Shown here: positions 1 through 9,082 of the stretch, one piece after another | Numbering within the stretch: position 1 is the stretch's first letter | Layout: every line of letters begins with the position of its first letter | Assembly (NCBI GenBank): GCA_963783305.1 | Contig: CAWAMW010000011.1 | Coordinates: 32,001-96,000 of the forward strand | From: an uncultured Gemmatimonadales bacterium | Lineage (GTDB): Bacteria; Gemmatimonadota; Gemmatimonadetes; Longimicrobiales; RSA9 | Reading direction: 5' to 3' | DNA: 64,000 nucleotides | Notes under the pieces: model-generated | The model's database searches: none | What the model saw: only the letters and a program-made list of their open reading frames with translations | What the model was told of the DNA's origin: nothing | Position numbers and translations under genes: made by a program

Positions 1-177
1 GCGCTCCAGGAAGGGGTTGCTATCGCCAGGGAGCTCTTCGAAGCGGTGCGAGGCGAGGTCCAGGGGCTGCAGGTGAGCGCGCCATTCGGGAAGGTGCCCT
101 TCGCCCTCGAGGTGTTCGCCGACGTAGCGTCGGTCGACGCCGCGCGCGCACCCGTGGCGGCTTCCGCAGAGCCATAA
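1..177 (+). CDS. 3' end of a gene, probably bifunctional homocysteine S-methyltransferase / methylenetetrahydrofolate reductase (YitJ-like); partial
   Basis: Frame 1 from base 1 reads ALQEGVAIARELFEAVRGEVQGLQVSAPFGKVPFALEVF...AEP* (TAA 175-177). This resembles the C-terminus of YitJ-type MTHFR domains. Not in the ORF track because it is 5'-truncated. Confidence 0.55.
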   Translation, partial: ALQEGVAIARELFEAVRGEVQGLQVSAPFGKVPFALEVFADVASVDAARAPVAASAEP

Positions 178-180
178 CCG

Positions 181-304
181 GGGCGGGAGTTCCAAGCCGA
201 ACGCGGCGATTTGCGCCTGCCTGTCGAACGCGTCCTCTCACGGCGATCGACCCCCGCGCCAGCGGGTCCGAGCTTGCGTCAGCGACCGACGGGATCGACC
301 GTCC
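181..304 (-). repeat. Degenerate copy of the interior of the MITE-like element found in tolB; no terminal inverted repeats seen
   Basis: 245-269 (gatcgacccccgcgccagcgggtcc) is the exact reverse complement of 10636-10660. Flanking segments are also loosely similar (ggtcgatcc..., ...ctcccgccc). Confidence 0.7.
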
Positions 305-655
305 TCAGCTCCGGCCGTACCGGTCCTCGAGTCGGATGACATCGTCCAGCTCCGGCGTGCTCACCTCCAGCAGAACGCTGTCCTCCAGCGCCTCCATCCG
401 GTGCACGTCCCCCGGCCGGATCGTGAGACAGTCCCCCACCCCCATCTCGTAATCCTCGCCGTTCAGGTGGAAGCGGAGCCGACCCTTCTGCAGGTACATG
501 GTCTCCTGCTTCTTCTCGTGCTTCTGGAGCGACAGCGCGTGGCCTTCCGTCACCTCCAGGATCTTGCCCGCGTAACGGTCCTCGTGGGCGTACCAGACCT
601 CGCGACCCCAGGGCTTGTCCACGATCTTCGGCTGAATGAACGGACGCTCCGGCAC
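305..655 (-). CDS. Cupin-domain protein (mannose-6-phosphate isomerase-like)
   Basis: 116 aa with KPWG, LSLQKH..KQET and PGDVHRM cupin motifs; G-rich RBS upstream of the GTG. Confidence 0.85.
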   Translation of the reverse strand: MPERPFIQPKIVDKPWGREVWYAHEDRYAGKILEVTEGHALSLQKHEKKQETMYLQKGRLRFHLNGEDYEMGVGDCLTIRPGDVHRMEALEDSVLLEVSTPELDDVIRLEDRYGRS

Positions 656-720
656 AGTCCCCCCTGCTGTTCCCGATGGATCCCCGACTCGTCGCTGGAA
701 TGGTCGGAGCTTCGGCCGCG

Positions 721-749
721 ATGCTAGAGGCCACGTCCATGGCTCGCAA
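721..749 (-). promoter_or_regulatory. Putative sigma70 promoter for the cupin gene
   Basis: Minus strand TTGCGA-17 nt-TAGCAT. Confidence 0.55.
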
Positions 750-984
750 GGGCACGCCGGGCGGCAGCCGCCGGAGCGGGCTCCCGTCCCCCGCCGGCGG
801 AATTGCTGTTGGTGGCGTTCCCGGGGCCTTCCGCTGACCTCTGGTTCGCTCCGACGACTCGCTCACCCGACCCTCCAACTCTAATGCCACGCCCGCGGAC
901 CGCCCATGGTTCTTCGGGACACGATCATGCGCCATCGAGACGCCGAGAGAGCTGCTACGATCGCGCGGCGAGTACCGCAGCCGT

Positions 985-1250
985 GAGTGGAGGCTTGACC
1001 ACGGTAGAGGTGGTGAACTCGCCACGCCGCGATCACCCCGTCTGCGAGTGGAGGATTCACCACTCTGGAGGTGGAAAATTCGCCACGCGACGATCACCCC
1101 ATCGGCGAGAGGAGGCTTGACCACCGCGGAGGTGGAAAACTCGCCACGCGGTGATCACCGCATCGGTAAGTGGAGCTTCACCACCGTGGAGGTGTTACCC
1201 TCGCCACGCGCCTACCAACGCCTCGGCGGGTGGAAGATTCACCACCAGCG
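985..1250. repeat. Degenerate 61-bp tandem repeat, about 4.3 copies
   Basis: Units start at 985, 1046, 1107, 1168 and 1228. Consensus is about GAGTGGAGGMTTSACCACnnnGGAGGTGGAAAAYTCGCCACGCGnnGATCACCnCATCGGC. Confidence 0.9.
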
Positions 1251-1262
1251 ACATTCGAAAGC

Positions 1263-1594
1263 CCACCCCTGCGCCCGTCAGGGCGCCCCCCTGCGAGGCC
1301 GAAGGCCGAGCCACCCTGCGCCCGTCAGGGCCGCCCCCCTGCGAGGCCGTAGGCCGAGCCACCCTGCGCCCGTCAGGGCGCCCCCCTGCGAGGCCGTAGG
1401 CCGAGCCACCCTGCGCCCGTCAGGGCGCCCCCCTGCGAGGCCGTAGGCCGAGCCACCCTGCGCCCGTCAGGGCCGCCCCCCTGCGAGGCCGTAGGCCGAG
1501 CCACCCTGCGCCCGTCAGGGCGCCCCCCTGCGAGGCCGAAGGCCGAGCCACCCTGCGCCCGCCAGGGCGCCACCCTGCGAGGCCAAAGGCCGAG
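1263..1594 (+). repeat. REP-like tandem array, 7 copies of a 47-48 bp unit carrying two mini-hairpins
   Basis: Unit CCACCCTGCGCCCGTCAGGGCGCCCCCCTGCGAGGCCG(A/T)AGGCCGAG; copies end at 1310, 1358, 1405, 1452, 1500, 1547 and 1594. Confidence 0.95.
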
Positions 1595-1636
1595 CCCCTA
1601 GAACATCCCCCCTCCTTCGGTGTATCTTCGCCATCT

Positions 1637-3634
1637 ATGCCGACTTCTTTCGACCTCCAGCTCCCGTTCCCGCTCCAGGGCGACCAGCCTCGCGCGGTCG
1701 AGGAGCTCACAGAGGGGCTGGAACGGGGCGACCGGTTCCAGACGCTGCTGGGCGTCACGGGCTCGGGAAAGACGGTGACCATGGCGAACGTCATCGCCAA
1801 CCACGGTCGCCCGACGCTCATCATGAGCCACAACAAGACGCTGGCGGCGCAGCTCTACGGCGAGATCAAGAGCTTCTTCCCGAAGAACGCGGTGGAGTTC
1901 TTCATCTCGTATTACGACTACTACCAGCCGGAGGCGTACGTCCCATCGAGCGACACGTTCATCGAGAAGGACGCGTCGATCAACGAGGACATCGAGCGGC
2001 TTCGTCTGCGGGCGACGAGCGCGCTGATGGAGCGGGAGGACGTCGTCATTGTGGCGAGCGTCTCCAGCATCTACGGGCTGGGCGATCCTCGCCAGTACCG
2101 TGAGCTCATGCTCATGCTGGAGGTGGGGCAGGAGATGGGTCGGCGCGAGATCCTGGAGTCGCTGGTGCGGATCCAGTATGCCCGCAACGACTTCGACTTC
2201 ACCCGGGGCGTATTCCGCGTGCGTGGCGATGTGGTGGAGATCTTCCCGGCCTACGAAGAGCAGGCGGTGCGGATCGAGCTCTGGGGCGACGAGATCGAGC
2301 GGATCACGCGCTTCGACCCGCTGACGGGCGAGACGATCATCCGGATGGACCGCGCGGCCATCTACCCGGCGACGCACTTCGTGACGAACAAGGCGCGGAT
2401 CGAGCGGGCGGTGGACCTCATCGGGATCGAGCTGGAGGCGCGGCTGCTGCAGCTCCGCTCGGCGGGGATGCTCCTGGAGGCGCAGCGCCTGGAGCAGCGG
2501 ACCCATTTCGACATGGAGATGATGCTCGAGATCGGGACGTGCCCCGGCATCGAGAACTACTCCCGGCACCTCACCGGCCGGGCGGAGGGGGAGCGCCCGG
2601 CCTGCCTGTACGACTATTTCCCCGACGACTTCCTGCTCATCATCGACGAAAGCCACCAGTCGCTGCCGCAGATCCGTGGGATGTTCAACGGCGACCGGGC
2701 CCGCAAGACGACGCTGGTGGAGCACGGGTTCCGGCTGCCGAGCGCGCTGGACAACCGCCCGCTCCGGTTCGACGAATGGGAGGGTCTGCTCAAGAAGGCC
2801 GTCTACGTCAGCGCGACGCCCGGGGACTACGAGCTGTCGCGGAGCGGCGGCGTGGTGGTGGAGCAGCTGATCCGCCCGACCGGCCTCGTGGACCCGGAGA
2901 TCGAGGTCCGGCCGGTGAAGGGGCAGATCGACGACCTGCTGGCGGAGATCCGGCTGCGCGAGGAGCGGGGTGAGCGTGTGCTGGTCACCACCCTCACGAA
3001 GCGCATGGCCGAGGACCTGACCGACTACCTCCAGCAGGTGGGCGTGCGCGTCCGGTACATGCACTCCGACATCGACGCCATCGAGCGCATCGAGATCCTC
3101 CGCGACCTGCGCCTGGGCCGGTTCGAGGTGCTCGTGGGCATCAACCTGCTCCGCGAGGGCCTCGACCTGCCGGAGGTCAGTCTCGTCGCCATCCTGGACG
3201 CTGACAAGGAAGGGTTCCTCCGCGACGCCCGCTCCCTGATCCAGACCGTCGGCCGCGCCGCCCGGAACGTGGAAGGCCGCGCCATCATGTATGCGGACCG
3301 GATGACCCGGTCGATGAAGGAGGCGATCGAGGAGACCGACCGCCGCCGCGAGGTCCAGGTCGCCTACAACGAGGAGCACGGGATCACCCCCACGACCATC
3401 GTGAAGACCGTGGACCAGCTCATGCTCAGCACCCGCTTCGCTGACGCCCGCCTCGACGCGCTCGAGCAGAAGATCGCCGAGCCCAAGCCGTCGTACGCCG
3501 ACGAGGTGGACCTGGAGCAGTGGGCCAAGATCCTGGAAGAGCAGATGAAGGAGGCCGCCGTGAAGCACGATTTCGAGAGGGCCGCCAAGCTCCGGGACGA
3601 GCTCTTCGAAGTCCGGGCGAAGCTCGGGGTCTGA
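1637..3634 (+). CDS. uvrB: Excinuclease ABC subunit B
   Basis: GVTGSGKT Walker [12 protein letters not shown] beta-hairpin motif, DESH, LLREGLD, C-terminal UVR coiled coil (FERAAKLRD). Confidence 0.99.
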   Translation: MPTSFDLQLPFPLQGDQPRAVEELTEGLERGDRFQTLLGVTGSGKTVTMANVIANHGRPTLIMSHNKTLAAQLYGEIKSFFPKNAVEFFISYYDYYQPEAYVPSSDTFIEKDASINEDIERLRLRATSALMEREDVVIVASVSSIYGLGDPRQYRELMLMLEVGQEMGRREILESLVRIQYARNDFDFTRGVFRVRGDVVEIFPAYEEQAVRIELWGDEIERITRFDPLTGETIIRMDRAAIYPATHFVTNKARIERAVDLIGIELEARLLQLRSAGMLLEAQRLEQRTHFDMEMMLEIGTCPGIENYSRHLTGRAEGERPACLYDYFPDDFLLIIDESHQSLPQIRGMFNGDRARKTTLVEHGFRLPSALDNRPLRFDEWEGLLKKAVYVSATPGDYELSRSGGVVVEQLIRPTGLVDPEIEVRPVKGQIDDLLAEIRLREERGERVLVTTLTKRMAEDLTDYLQQVGVRVRYMHSDIDAIERIEILRDLRLGRFEVLVGINLLREGLDLPEVSLVAILDADKEGFLRDARSLIQTVGRAARNVEGRAIMYADRMTRSMKEAIEETDRRREVQVAYNEEHGITPTTIVKTVDQLMLSTRFADARLDALEQKIAEPKPSYADEVDLEQWAKILEEQMKEAAVKHDFERAAKLRDELFEVRAKLGV

Positions 3635-3939
3635 AGCCCGTGTCCCCTGACGGGCGCGGACGCGGTGGGCACTCGTGGGCCGGTGCCCGTGCGGTCCGAT
3701 AGCGCTCCGCTTTCCCGCCAGGGCTGTTCCTGCCGGCGCCCTCGGCTATGTTCATCGGATCGACCGTTTGGCCCGCAGCACCTGGCTCCTGGGGACGCCG
3801 CAGCCCCGTGGGAGGGCCGCGGCAAGCGCCGTGAGCAGCGGGTTCAATCGCGTTGCCAGTTGATAGACTTCAAATTTCTGAACTCGAACTCCGGCTCATG
3901 CACCATGCCCGACCATGGCTGACACCCCGGGGCGCGTCC

Positions 3940-4494
3940 ATGGCTGATTCGGCCGACGCCCGGGTGGAGACCAGCTCCGCGCGCGCCGCCCCTCCAGGCG
4001 GCGCCCCGGCGCTGTCGCAATCCGCACTCGAGGCGTGGGGCCGGGCGCTTGGGGAGGCCGCGGGGGCGGGCACGCTGCGGCTCCCGCTGGTTATCGCGCT
4101 GCGGGGCGAGCTCGGGGCGGGGAAGTCGGTGCTGGCGCGGGCGATCGCCCGTGGGGCGGGCGTGGAGAGCCCCATGCCGTCGCCGACGTACAACCTCCTG
4201 TTCACGTACGAGGTCGGCCCCCGCGTCGTCCACCACCTGGACCTCTACCGGCTGGAGGACCCCGAGGACGTGTGGGAGCTCGGGTGGGAGGAGCTGGGGC
4301 GCGGCGACGAGATCGTGCTCATCGAGTGGCCGGAGCGCGCGGAATCGCTGCTCCCCCCCGACCGCTGGGATCTTCGCCTCACCGCGGTTCCGAACCGACC
4401 GGGGCTCCGCTCGCTGGGCCTGGATCGGCTGGGCGATGCGCCGCCGCCGCCGGACCCGTCGGCCGGGGATGCCAGTACGGGGAGGGGCGCGTGA
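3940..4494 (+). CDS. tsaE: tRNA threonylcarbamoyladenosine biosynthesis ATPase TsaE
   Basis: GELGAGKS, SPTY, HLDLYRL and IEW motifs. Start taken at ATG 3940 (track ORF begins 3853); exact start uncertain. Confidence 0.93.
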   Translation: MADSADARVETSSARAAPPGGAPALSQSALEAWGRALGEAAGAGTLRLPLVIALRGELGAGKSVLARAIARGAGVESPMPSPTYNLLFTYEVGPRVVHHLDLYRLEDPEDVWELGWEELGRGDEIVLIEWPERAESLLPPDRWDLRLTAVPNRPGLRSLGLDRLGDAPPPPDPSAGDASTGRGA

Positions 4495-5174
4495 TCCGGG
4501 TCGCGCTGGAGACGGCCACGGCGCGCGGAAGCGTTGCGGTGGGCCGCGGCGACCGCCTGCTGGCGGAGGTGTCGCTCGGGTCCCAGCGCCGGCATGCGGA
4601 GCTGGTGGTTCCGGCGCTCGACGCGGCGCTCCGTCTGGCGGGGGTGGAGCGGTCGGCGATCGAGACCGTGGTGGTGGGGTCCGGCCCCGGTTCGTTCACG
4701 GGCGTGCGCGTCGCGGGTGCCACGGCGAAGGGTCTGGTCGCGGCGCTGGGGGTGCCGCTCCTGGCGTACCCGAGCCTGCTGGCGGTCGCTGCGGGGGTCC
4801 CGTCCACGCGACCGGTGTGCCCGCTCTTCGACGCGCGCCGCGGCGAGGTGTACGCGGGGTGCTGGCGCGTGGGGCCGGCGCTGTTGGAGGTCCTGCTCGC
4901 GCCGCGCGTGGGCCCGGCGGAAGAAGTGGCCGCCGCCGCGGCCGCGGGGTTTGGCGGGGAGCGGACGCTCTTCGTGGGCGATGGCGCCATCCGGTACGCG
5001 GACGCCCTGGAGGCCGCGGGGGGCGCCGTTTCGCGTCTGCCCGTATGGCCGCGAGCGTCCGAGCTGCTCTGGCTCGCCGAGCACCATGGTGATGCCGGCG
5101 TCGTGAGCGACGTGAGCGGCTGGCAGCCGGAGTACGTGCGCGCCTCCAGCGCCGAGCGGGGTGTGGCGGGATGA
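4491..5174 (+). CDS. tsaB: tRNA threonylcarbamoyladenosine biosynthesis protein TsaB
   Basis: ALETAT, GPGSFTGVR and DARRGEVY motifs; GTGA overlap with the tsaE stop. Confidence 0.95.
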   Translation: MIRVALETATARGSVAVGRGDRLLAEVSLGSQRRHAELVVPALDAALRLAGVERSAIETVVVGSGPGSFTGVRVAGATAKGLVAALGVPLLAYPSLLAVAAGVPSTRPVCPLFDARRGEVYAGCWRVGPALLEVLLAPRVGPAEEVAAAAAAGFGGERTLFVGDGAIRYADALEAAGGAVSRLPVWPRASELLWLAEHHGDAGVVSDVSGWQPEYVRASSAERGVAG

Positions 5175-5701
5175 ACGTCCCGGGGCGCACGCGGGACGGG
5201 GAGCCGGAGCCGTCGAACGTCGCGCCCGCGCCGCCGGTTCCCACGTCGGTGCGGCGGATGACGGAATCGGACCTCACGGCGGTCATGGCGATCGAGAAGG
5301 CGGCGTTCTCGAGCCCGTGGACGCTGGCGACCTTCGCAGGGCTGCTCCATCGCGACAGCACGCGGCTCTGGGTGGCGGAGACCGGTGGTCGAGTGGTGGG
5401 CTACGCGGCGGTCTGGATGGTCGCTGACCAGGCGGAGCTGGGGGACCTTGCGGTGGAGGAGAGCGCCCGGGGTCTTGGAATTGGACGGCTGCTGCTCCGG
5501 ACCGTCCTGCGGGAGATGCCGGCTCTGGGGGTCCGGGATCTCTTCCTGGAGGTCCGCGTGTCCAATACCGTGGCGCGGCGGCTGTACGAGCGGCACGGCT
5601 TCGAGGAAGTGGGTCGCCGCCCCGGGTACTACACGCGGCCCAGGGAGGACGCGCTGGTGCTCAGGGCGCGGCTGCCCCACGGGGCCGACGCGCACCGCTA
5701 A
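5171..5701 (+). CDS. rimI: Ribosomal protein S18 alanine N-acetyltransferase
   Basis: GNAT fold (RGLGIG, LEVRVSN..ARRLY..GF, RRPGYY..EDA); typical tsaE-tsaB-rimI order. Confidence 0.9.
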   Translation: MNVPGRTRDGEPEPSNVAPAPPVPTSVRRMTESDLTAVMAIEKAAFSSPWTLATFAGLLHRDSTRLWVAETGGRVVGYAAVWMVADQAELGDLAVEESARGLGIGRLLLRTVLREMPALGVRDLFLEVRVSNTVARRLYERHGFEEVGRRPGYYTRPREDALVLRARLPHGADAHR

Positions 5702-5705
5702 CGAA

Positions 5706-5734
5706 TTGACAGCGCCCTATTTGCGTTCTAGCTT
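5706..5734 (+). promoter_or_regulatory. Sigma70-type promoter upstream of the LysM gene
   Basis: TTGACA (5706-5711), 17 nt, TAGCTT (5729-5734). Confidence 0.75.
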
Positions 5735-5831
5735 GGCAACATTCTCCCCACCGCTACGGCGGTCGGTTCGGCGAGGTTCCGCCGCTCGGCCCGCACACCT
5801 GTTACGTTCTGATCCTCAAGGAGGGGCCACC

Positions 5832-6977
5832 ATGAGACGGGTGACCGCAAGCCTCATCGGGCTGCTGATTGCAGGGCCGCTGCTGGCGCAGGAGCCGGCG
5901 GCCGAAAGCCGCGAGCACGTCGTTCGGAGGGGGGACACGCTCTGGGACCTCGCCGGGCACTACTTCAACGATCCTTTCCAGTGGCCCGCGATCTACAGGG
6001 CGAACACCTCTCAGATCTCGGATCCGGACCTCATCCTGCCGGAGGAGCGCCTCGTCATTCCGGGTCTCGACGGCGCCAACGCTCAGCCGGCCGGGGTACC
6101 CCTCGGCGCGGCCCGGGACCCGGCCGGGCAGGTCGGGTCGCGGGAGGAACCTGGCCCGAACCGTACGCTCTTCTACCGCGCGCCCCCGGTTCGCCCGCAG
6201 GACGGGGAGGCCACCCTCCTGAGTGAGCCGGAGAGCACCACCATGCCGGTCACGGTGGGCGAATTCGTGTCGGCGCCGTACCTCATGGATCCGGCCCGGC
6301 TGGACGTCCGGGGCGTGTTCATGCGGGCGATCCGCGACGAGATGACCGGGCCCGGTGGCGGGATCTCCGCTCACCCCCAGGACCGCGTTTACGCGGGGTA
6401 TGCCGGGGGAGTCCGGCCGTCGGTTGGCGATCGCCTCGTCATCGTGCAGGTGGGATCCGACGATGTAGATGGTGCGGATCGGAAGCGGCGCGTGGTCAGC
6501 CCGCGCGGGATCGTGCGAGTGGAAGCCCTGGGCGGTGACGTCATGGAAGGGCGGGTCGAGATGCAGTTCGGGCCCATCTACCCGGAGCAGCTGCTGGTCC
6601 CCGTCACGATCTTCCCCGACTTCCGCGTGGAGTCGGCGGAGCCCGTGGATGGCGGCTCTGACTTGAGGGGCACTCTCCTGGGCTTTGCCGAGGAATCGCC
6701 GCTCCGTGGCCCTGGCGACCTGGCGTTTCTGGACATCGGCGCCCTGCAGGGCGTGCGGGAGGGCGACGTCTTCGAGGCCTTCCTGCCCCGGCGAGAGGCG
6801 GAGCTGAGCGACGGCGCCGAGCACCTGTCGGACGTGGACGCGTTGCCGCCGGAGGTCGTGGCCGAGCTGCGGGTTCTGCGCGTGACCGACGCCCACGCCA
6901 CCGTGCGAGTGGACCGGGTGTTCGCCGCGCGTCTCGAGCAGGGGCTGCCGGTCGCGAGGGTCCGGCGCATTCCCTGA
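5832..6977 (+). CDS. Secreted LysM peptidoglycan-binding protein, TsaP-like architecture
   Basis: GGAGG RBS before ATG 5832; signal peptide; LysM (HVVRRGDTLWDLA...PDLILP); C-terminal beta domain (DIGALQGVREGD). Confidence 0.85.
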   Translation: MRRVTASLIGLLIAGPLLAQEPAAESREHVVRRGDTLWDLAGHYFNDPFQWPAIYRANTSQISDPDLILPEERLVIPGLDGANAQPAGVPLGAARDPAGQVGSREEPGPNRTLFYRAPPVRPQDGEATLLSEPESTTMPVTVGEFVSAPYLMDPARLDVRGVFMRAIRDEMTGPGGGISAHPQDRVYAGYAGGVRPSVGDRLVIVQVGSDDVDGADRKRRVVSPRGIVRVEALGGDVMEGRVEMQFGPIYPEQLLVPVTIFPDFRVESAEPVDGGSDLRGTLLGFAEESPLRGPGDLAFLDIGALQGVREGDVFEAFLPRREAELSDGAEHLSDVDALPPEVVAELRVLRVTDAHATVRVDRVFAARLEQGLPVARVRRIP

Positions 6978-7007
6978 AGCGGGCCAGGGCAGCGGCCGGC
7001 CGGATGG

Positions 7008-7049
7008 GCGGCGCACCGAGCACGGCTCGGGTGCGCCGCTTCGTCGTTC
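7008..7049 (+). terminator. Putative intrinsic terminator hairpin after the LysM gene
   Basis: gcggcgcaccgagc-acg-gctcgggtgcgccgc followed by ttcgtcgtt (weak U tract). Confidence 0.5.
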
Positions 7050-7140
7050 TGAGGGGGCCGATTCCCTCGGACGACCGCTTGCAGGGGGCTTCCGCGCGGC
7101 TCAAGTTGGGCCGCACACCATTAGAGAAACGGCGGAGTGA

Positions 7141-8094
7141 ATGAATCGAAAAGTGCTGGTGACCGGCGGAGCCGGGTTCATAGGGAGTCACGTGGCCGAC
7201 GCGTTCCTGGAGCGGGGCGACCGCGTGTGGATCGTCGACAACCTTTCCAGCGGCCGGGAGGCGAACCTCCCCTCGGCGGCGGAGTTCCACCGGATGGACA
7301 TAGGCGACCCGGGGCTCTCCGCCCTGTTCGACGAGGTCGGCTTCGACATCGTCAGCCACCACGCCGCGCAGATCGACGTGCGGGTCTCGGTCAGTGATCC
7401 CCGCAAGGACGCGAGGATCAACATCGACGGGCTTCTCAACGTGCTCGAGAACGCGCGTCGTCACGAGTCACGGGTCGTGTACATCTCCTCCGGCGGCGTC
7501 GTATACGGTGAGCCGGACGTACGGCCTACGCCGGAGACCGCGCCCAAGCTGCCCGCGTCGCCCTATGGCGTGACCAAGCTGGCGGGCGAGCAGTACCTCT
7601 ATTACTACGCCCGCGTCCATGGCCTCGACTACGTCGCGCTCCGCTATTCCAACGTGTACGGACCGCGCCAGGACCCCCACGGTGAAGCGGGCGTGGTGGC
7701 CATCTTCGGACGCCGCGTGCTGGCCGGGCAGCCGCTCACCATCTTCGGCGATGGCGAGCAGACCCGGGATTACGTCTACGTCGGCGACGTCGTGCAGGCC
7801 AACCTGCGGGCGGCCGAGCTCGAGCTCGACCCCGTGGGAACGGCACTGGATCAGCGAGCGTACAACGTTGGGACGGGTCGGGAGACGTCGGTGAACGAGC
7901 TGGCCCGCACCATGATGGCCGCGGCCGGCAAGGACGTCCCCACCGAGCACGCGGCCGCGCGTCCGGGTGAGGTCATGCATTCGTCGCTGGACAACCGCAA
8001 GCTGAAGACGACCGGCTGGGCACCGGCGACGGAGCTCCAGGACGGACTCCGGAAGACGCTCGACTACATCCAGGCGGAAGGGACCACGGCGTGA
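7141..8094 (+). CDS. NAD-dependent epimerase/dehydratase (UDP-glucose 4-epimerase-like SDR)
   Basis: TGGAGFIGSH, YGVTK (YxxxK), LRYSNVYGPRQDPHGEAGVV and QTRDYVYV motifs. Confidence 0.92.
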   Translation: MNRKVLVTGGAGFIGSHVADAFLERGDRVWIVDNLSSGREANLPSAAEFHRMDIGDPGLSALFDEVGFDIVSHHAAQIDVRVSVSDPRKDARINIDGLLNVLENARRHESRVVYISSGGVVYGEPDVRPTPETAPKLPASPYGVTKLAGEQYLYYYARVHGLDYVALRYSNVYGPRQDPHGEAGVVAIFGRRVLAGQPLTIFGDGEQTRDYVYVGDVVQANLRAAELELDPVGTALDQRAYNVGTGRETSVNELARTMMAAAGKDVPTEHAAARPGEVMHSSLDNRKLKTTGWAPATELQDGLRKTLDYIQAEGTTA

Positions 8095-8804
8095 CGCTGA
8101 TCGCCCAGGTGGGGCCGGCGCCCCAGGGGCCCGTGGACATGATCGTCGGCGGCACCGCCGCCACCCAGATCATCCTCCTGCTCCTCGCCGTGTTCTCCCT
8201 CGTGAGCTGGTCCATCATGATCTGGAAGTGGAGCCAGTTCCGGAAGCTGAACCGGCAGGGCGTCCGCTTCCTCGGCGCCATCGAAAAGACGCAGCGCCTT
8301 CGGGACGCCTACCGGACCCTCTCCCGCCTCCCGGACTCCCCCTACACGAGCGTATTCAAGCAGGGCCTCGAGTTCTTCAACGAGCTCCGGCCCGGCGCGC
8401 TCGAGGAGGACACGCCCAGAAGTGAGGGACTCTCGGAGGCCCAGCTCCAGGCCATGCGCCTCGTGCTCGAGAAAGGACAGGCCGACGAGCGCGACGAGCT
8501 GGCCGGCGGCCTGATCTGGCTCGCCGTCATCGGCAATGTCTCGCCTCTCCTCGGCCTCATGGGCACCGTAATCGGCGTCATGAACGCCTTCCTCGGAATC
8601 ACCGCTACCGGCAGCGCCAACATCGGCGCCGTAGCACCCGGCGTCGCCGAGGCCCTGGTCACCACGGTCGCCGGCCTCGCCGTCGCGATCCCCGCCGTCA
8701 TCGGCTACAACTACTTTGTAAGCAGGTTGAATTACTTCGGGGGTGAGCTGGAAGGGTTCGCGAGCGAGTTCATCGGGACGCTGGCGAAGGAGCGCTTGCT
8801 TTGA
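8091..8804 (+). CDS. tolQ: MotA/TolQ/ExbB proton channel protein (TolQ)
   Basis: SPLLGLMGTVIGVM and APGVAEALVTTVAGLAVAIPAV motifs; tol-pal context. Confidence 0.92.
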   Translation: MTLIAQVGPAPQGPVDMIVGGTAATQIILLLLAVFSLVSWSIMIWKWSQFRKLNRQGVRFLGAIEKTQRLRDAYRTLSRLPDSPYTSVFKQGLEFFNELRPGALEEDTPRSEGLSEAQLQAMRLVLEKGQADERDELAGGLIWLAVIGNVSPLLGLMGTVIGVMNAFLGITATGSANIGAVAPGVAEALVTTVAGLAVAIPAVIGYNYFVSRLNYFGGELEGFASEFIGTLAKERLL

Positions 8805-8808
8805 GAGT

Positions 8809-9000
8809 GCAGGGTTGGCTCGCCTTCGGCTCGCAGTGTGGCGCCCTGCGGGCGCAGTATGGCTCGGCCTCCGGCCTCGCAGTGTGGCGCCCTTTGGGCG
8901 CAGGGTGGCTCGCCTCCGGCTCGCAGTATGGCTCGGCCTTCGGCCTCGCAAGGTGGCTCGCCGCTGGCTCGCAGGGTGGCTCGGCCCTCGGCCTCGCAGG
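8809..9000 (-). repeat. REP-like mini-hairpin array, 8 units of 21-25 bp, reverse orientation
   Basis: Units such as gcagtatggctcggccttcggcctc and gcagtgtggcgccctgcgggc are reverse complements of the units at 1263-1594 and 9083-9375. Confidence 0.92.
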
Positions 9001-9082
9001 AACCGCGTGCGGTGTGCGGGGGAGCCGTTTTGGTCGGTCGTCTGGTAAGCAGGCATTCGCGAGACGCCCCACCGCCTGGCTG

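Noticed and set aside
985..1594. CRISPR array interpretation of the two tandem arrays
   Set aside because: There are no unique spacers between identical repeats; units are similar along their whole length, and no cas genes are in the window.
1595..1636. LexA/SOS box upstream of uvrB
   Set aside because: GAAC is present, but there is no match to GAAC-N4-GTTC, CTGT-N8-ACAG or GTTC-N7-GTTC; the box for this lineage is unknown to me.
656..1636. Several short ORFs in the cupin-uvrB intergenic region
   Set aside because: They are translations of the repeat arrays in multiple frames, with no RBS or domain support.
3821..3858. tRNA-like fragment (ggcaa...gggttcaatc...ttgcca)
   Set aside because: Too short, no D or anticodon arm, and the T stem does not pair properly.
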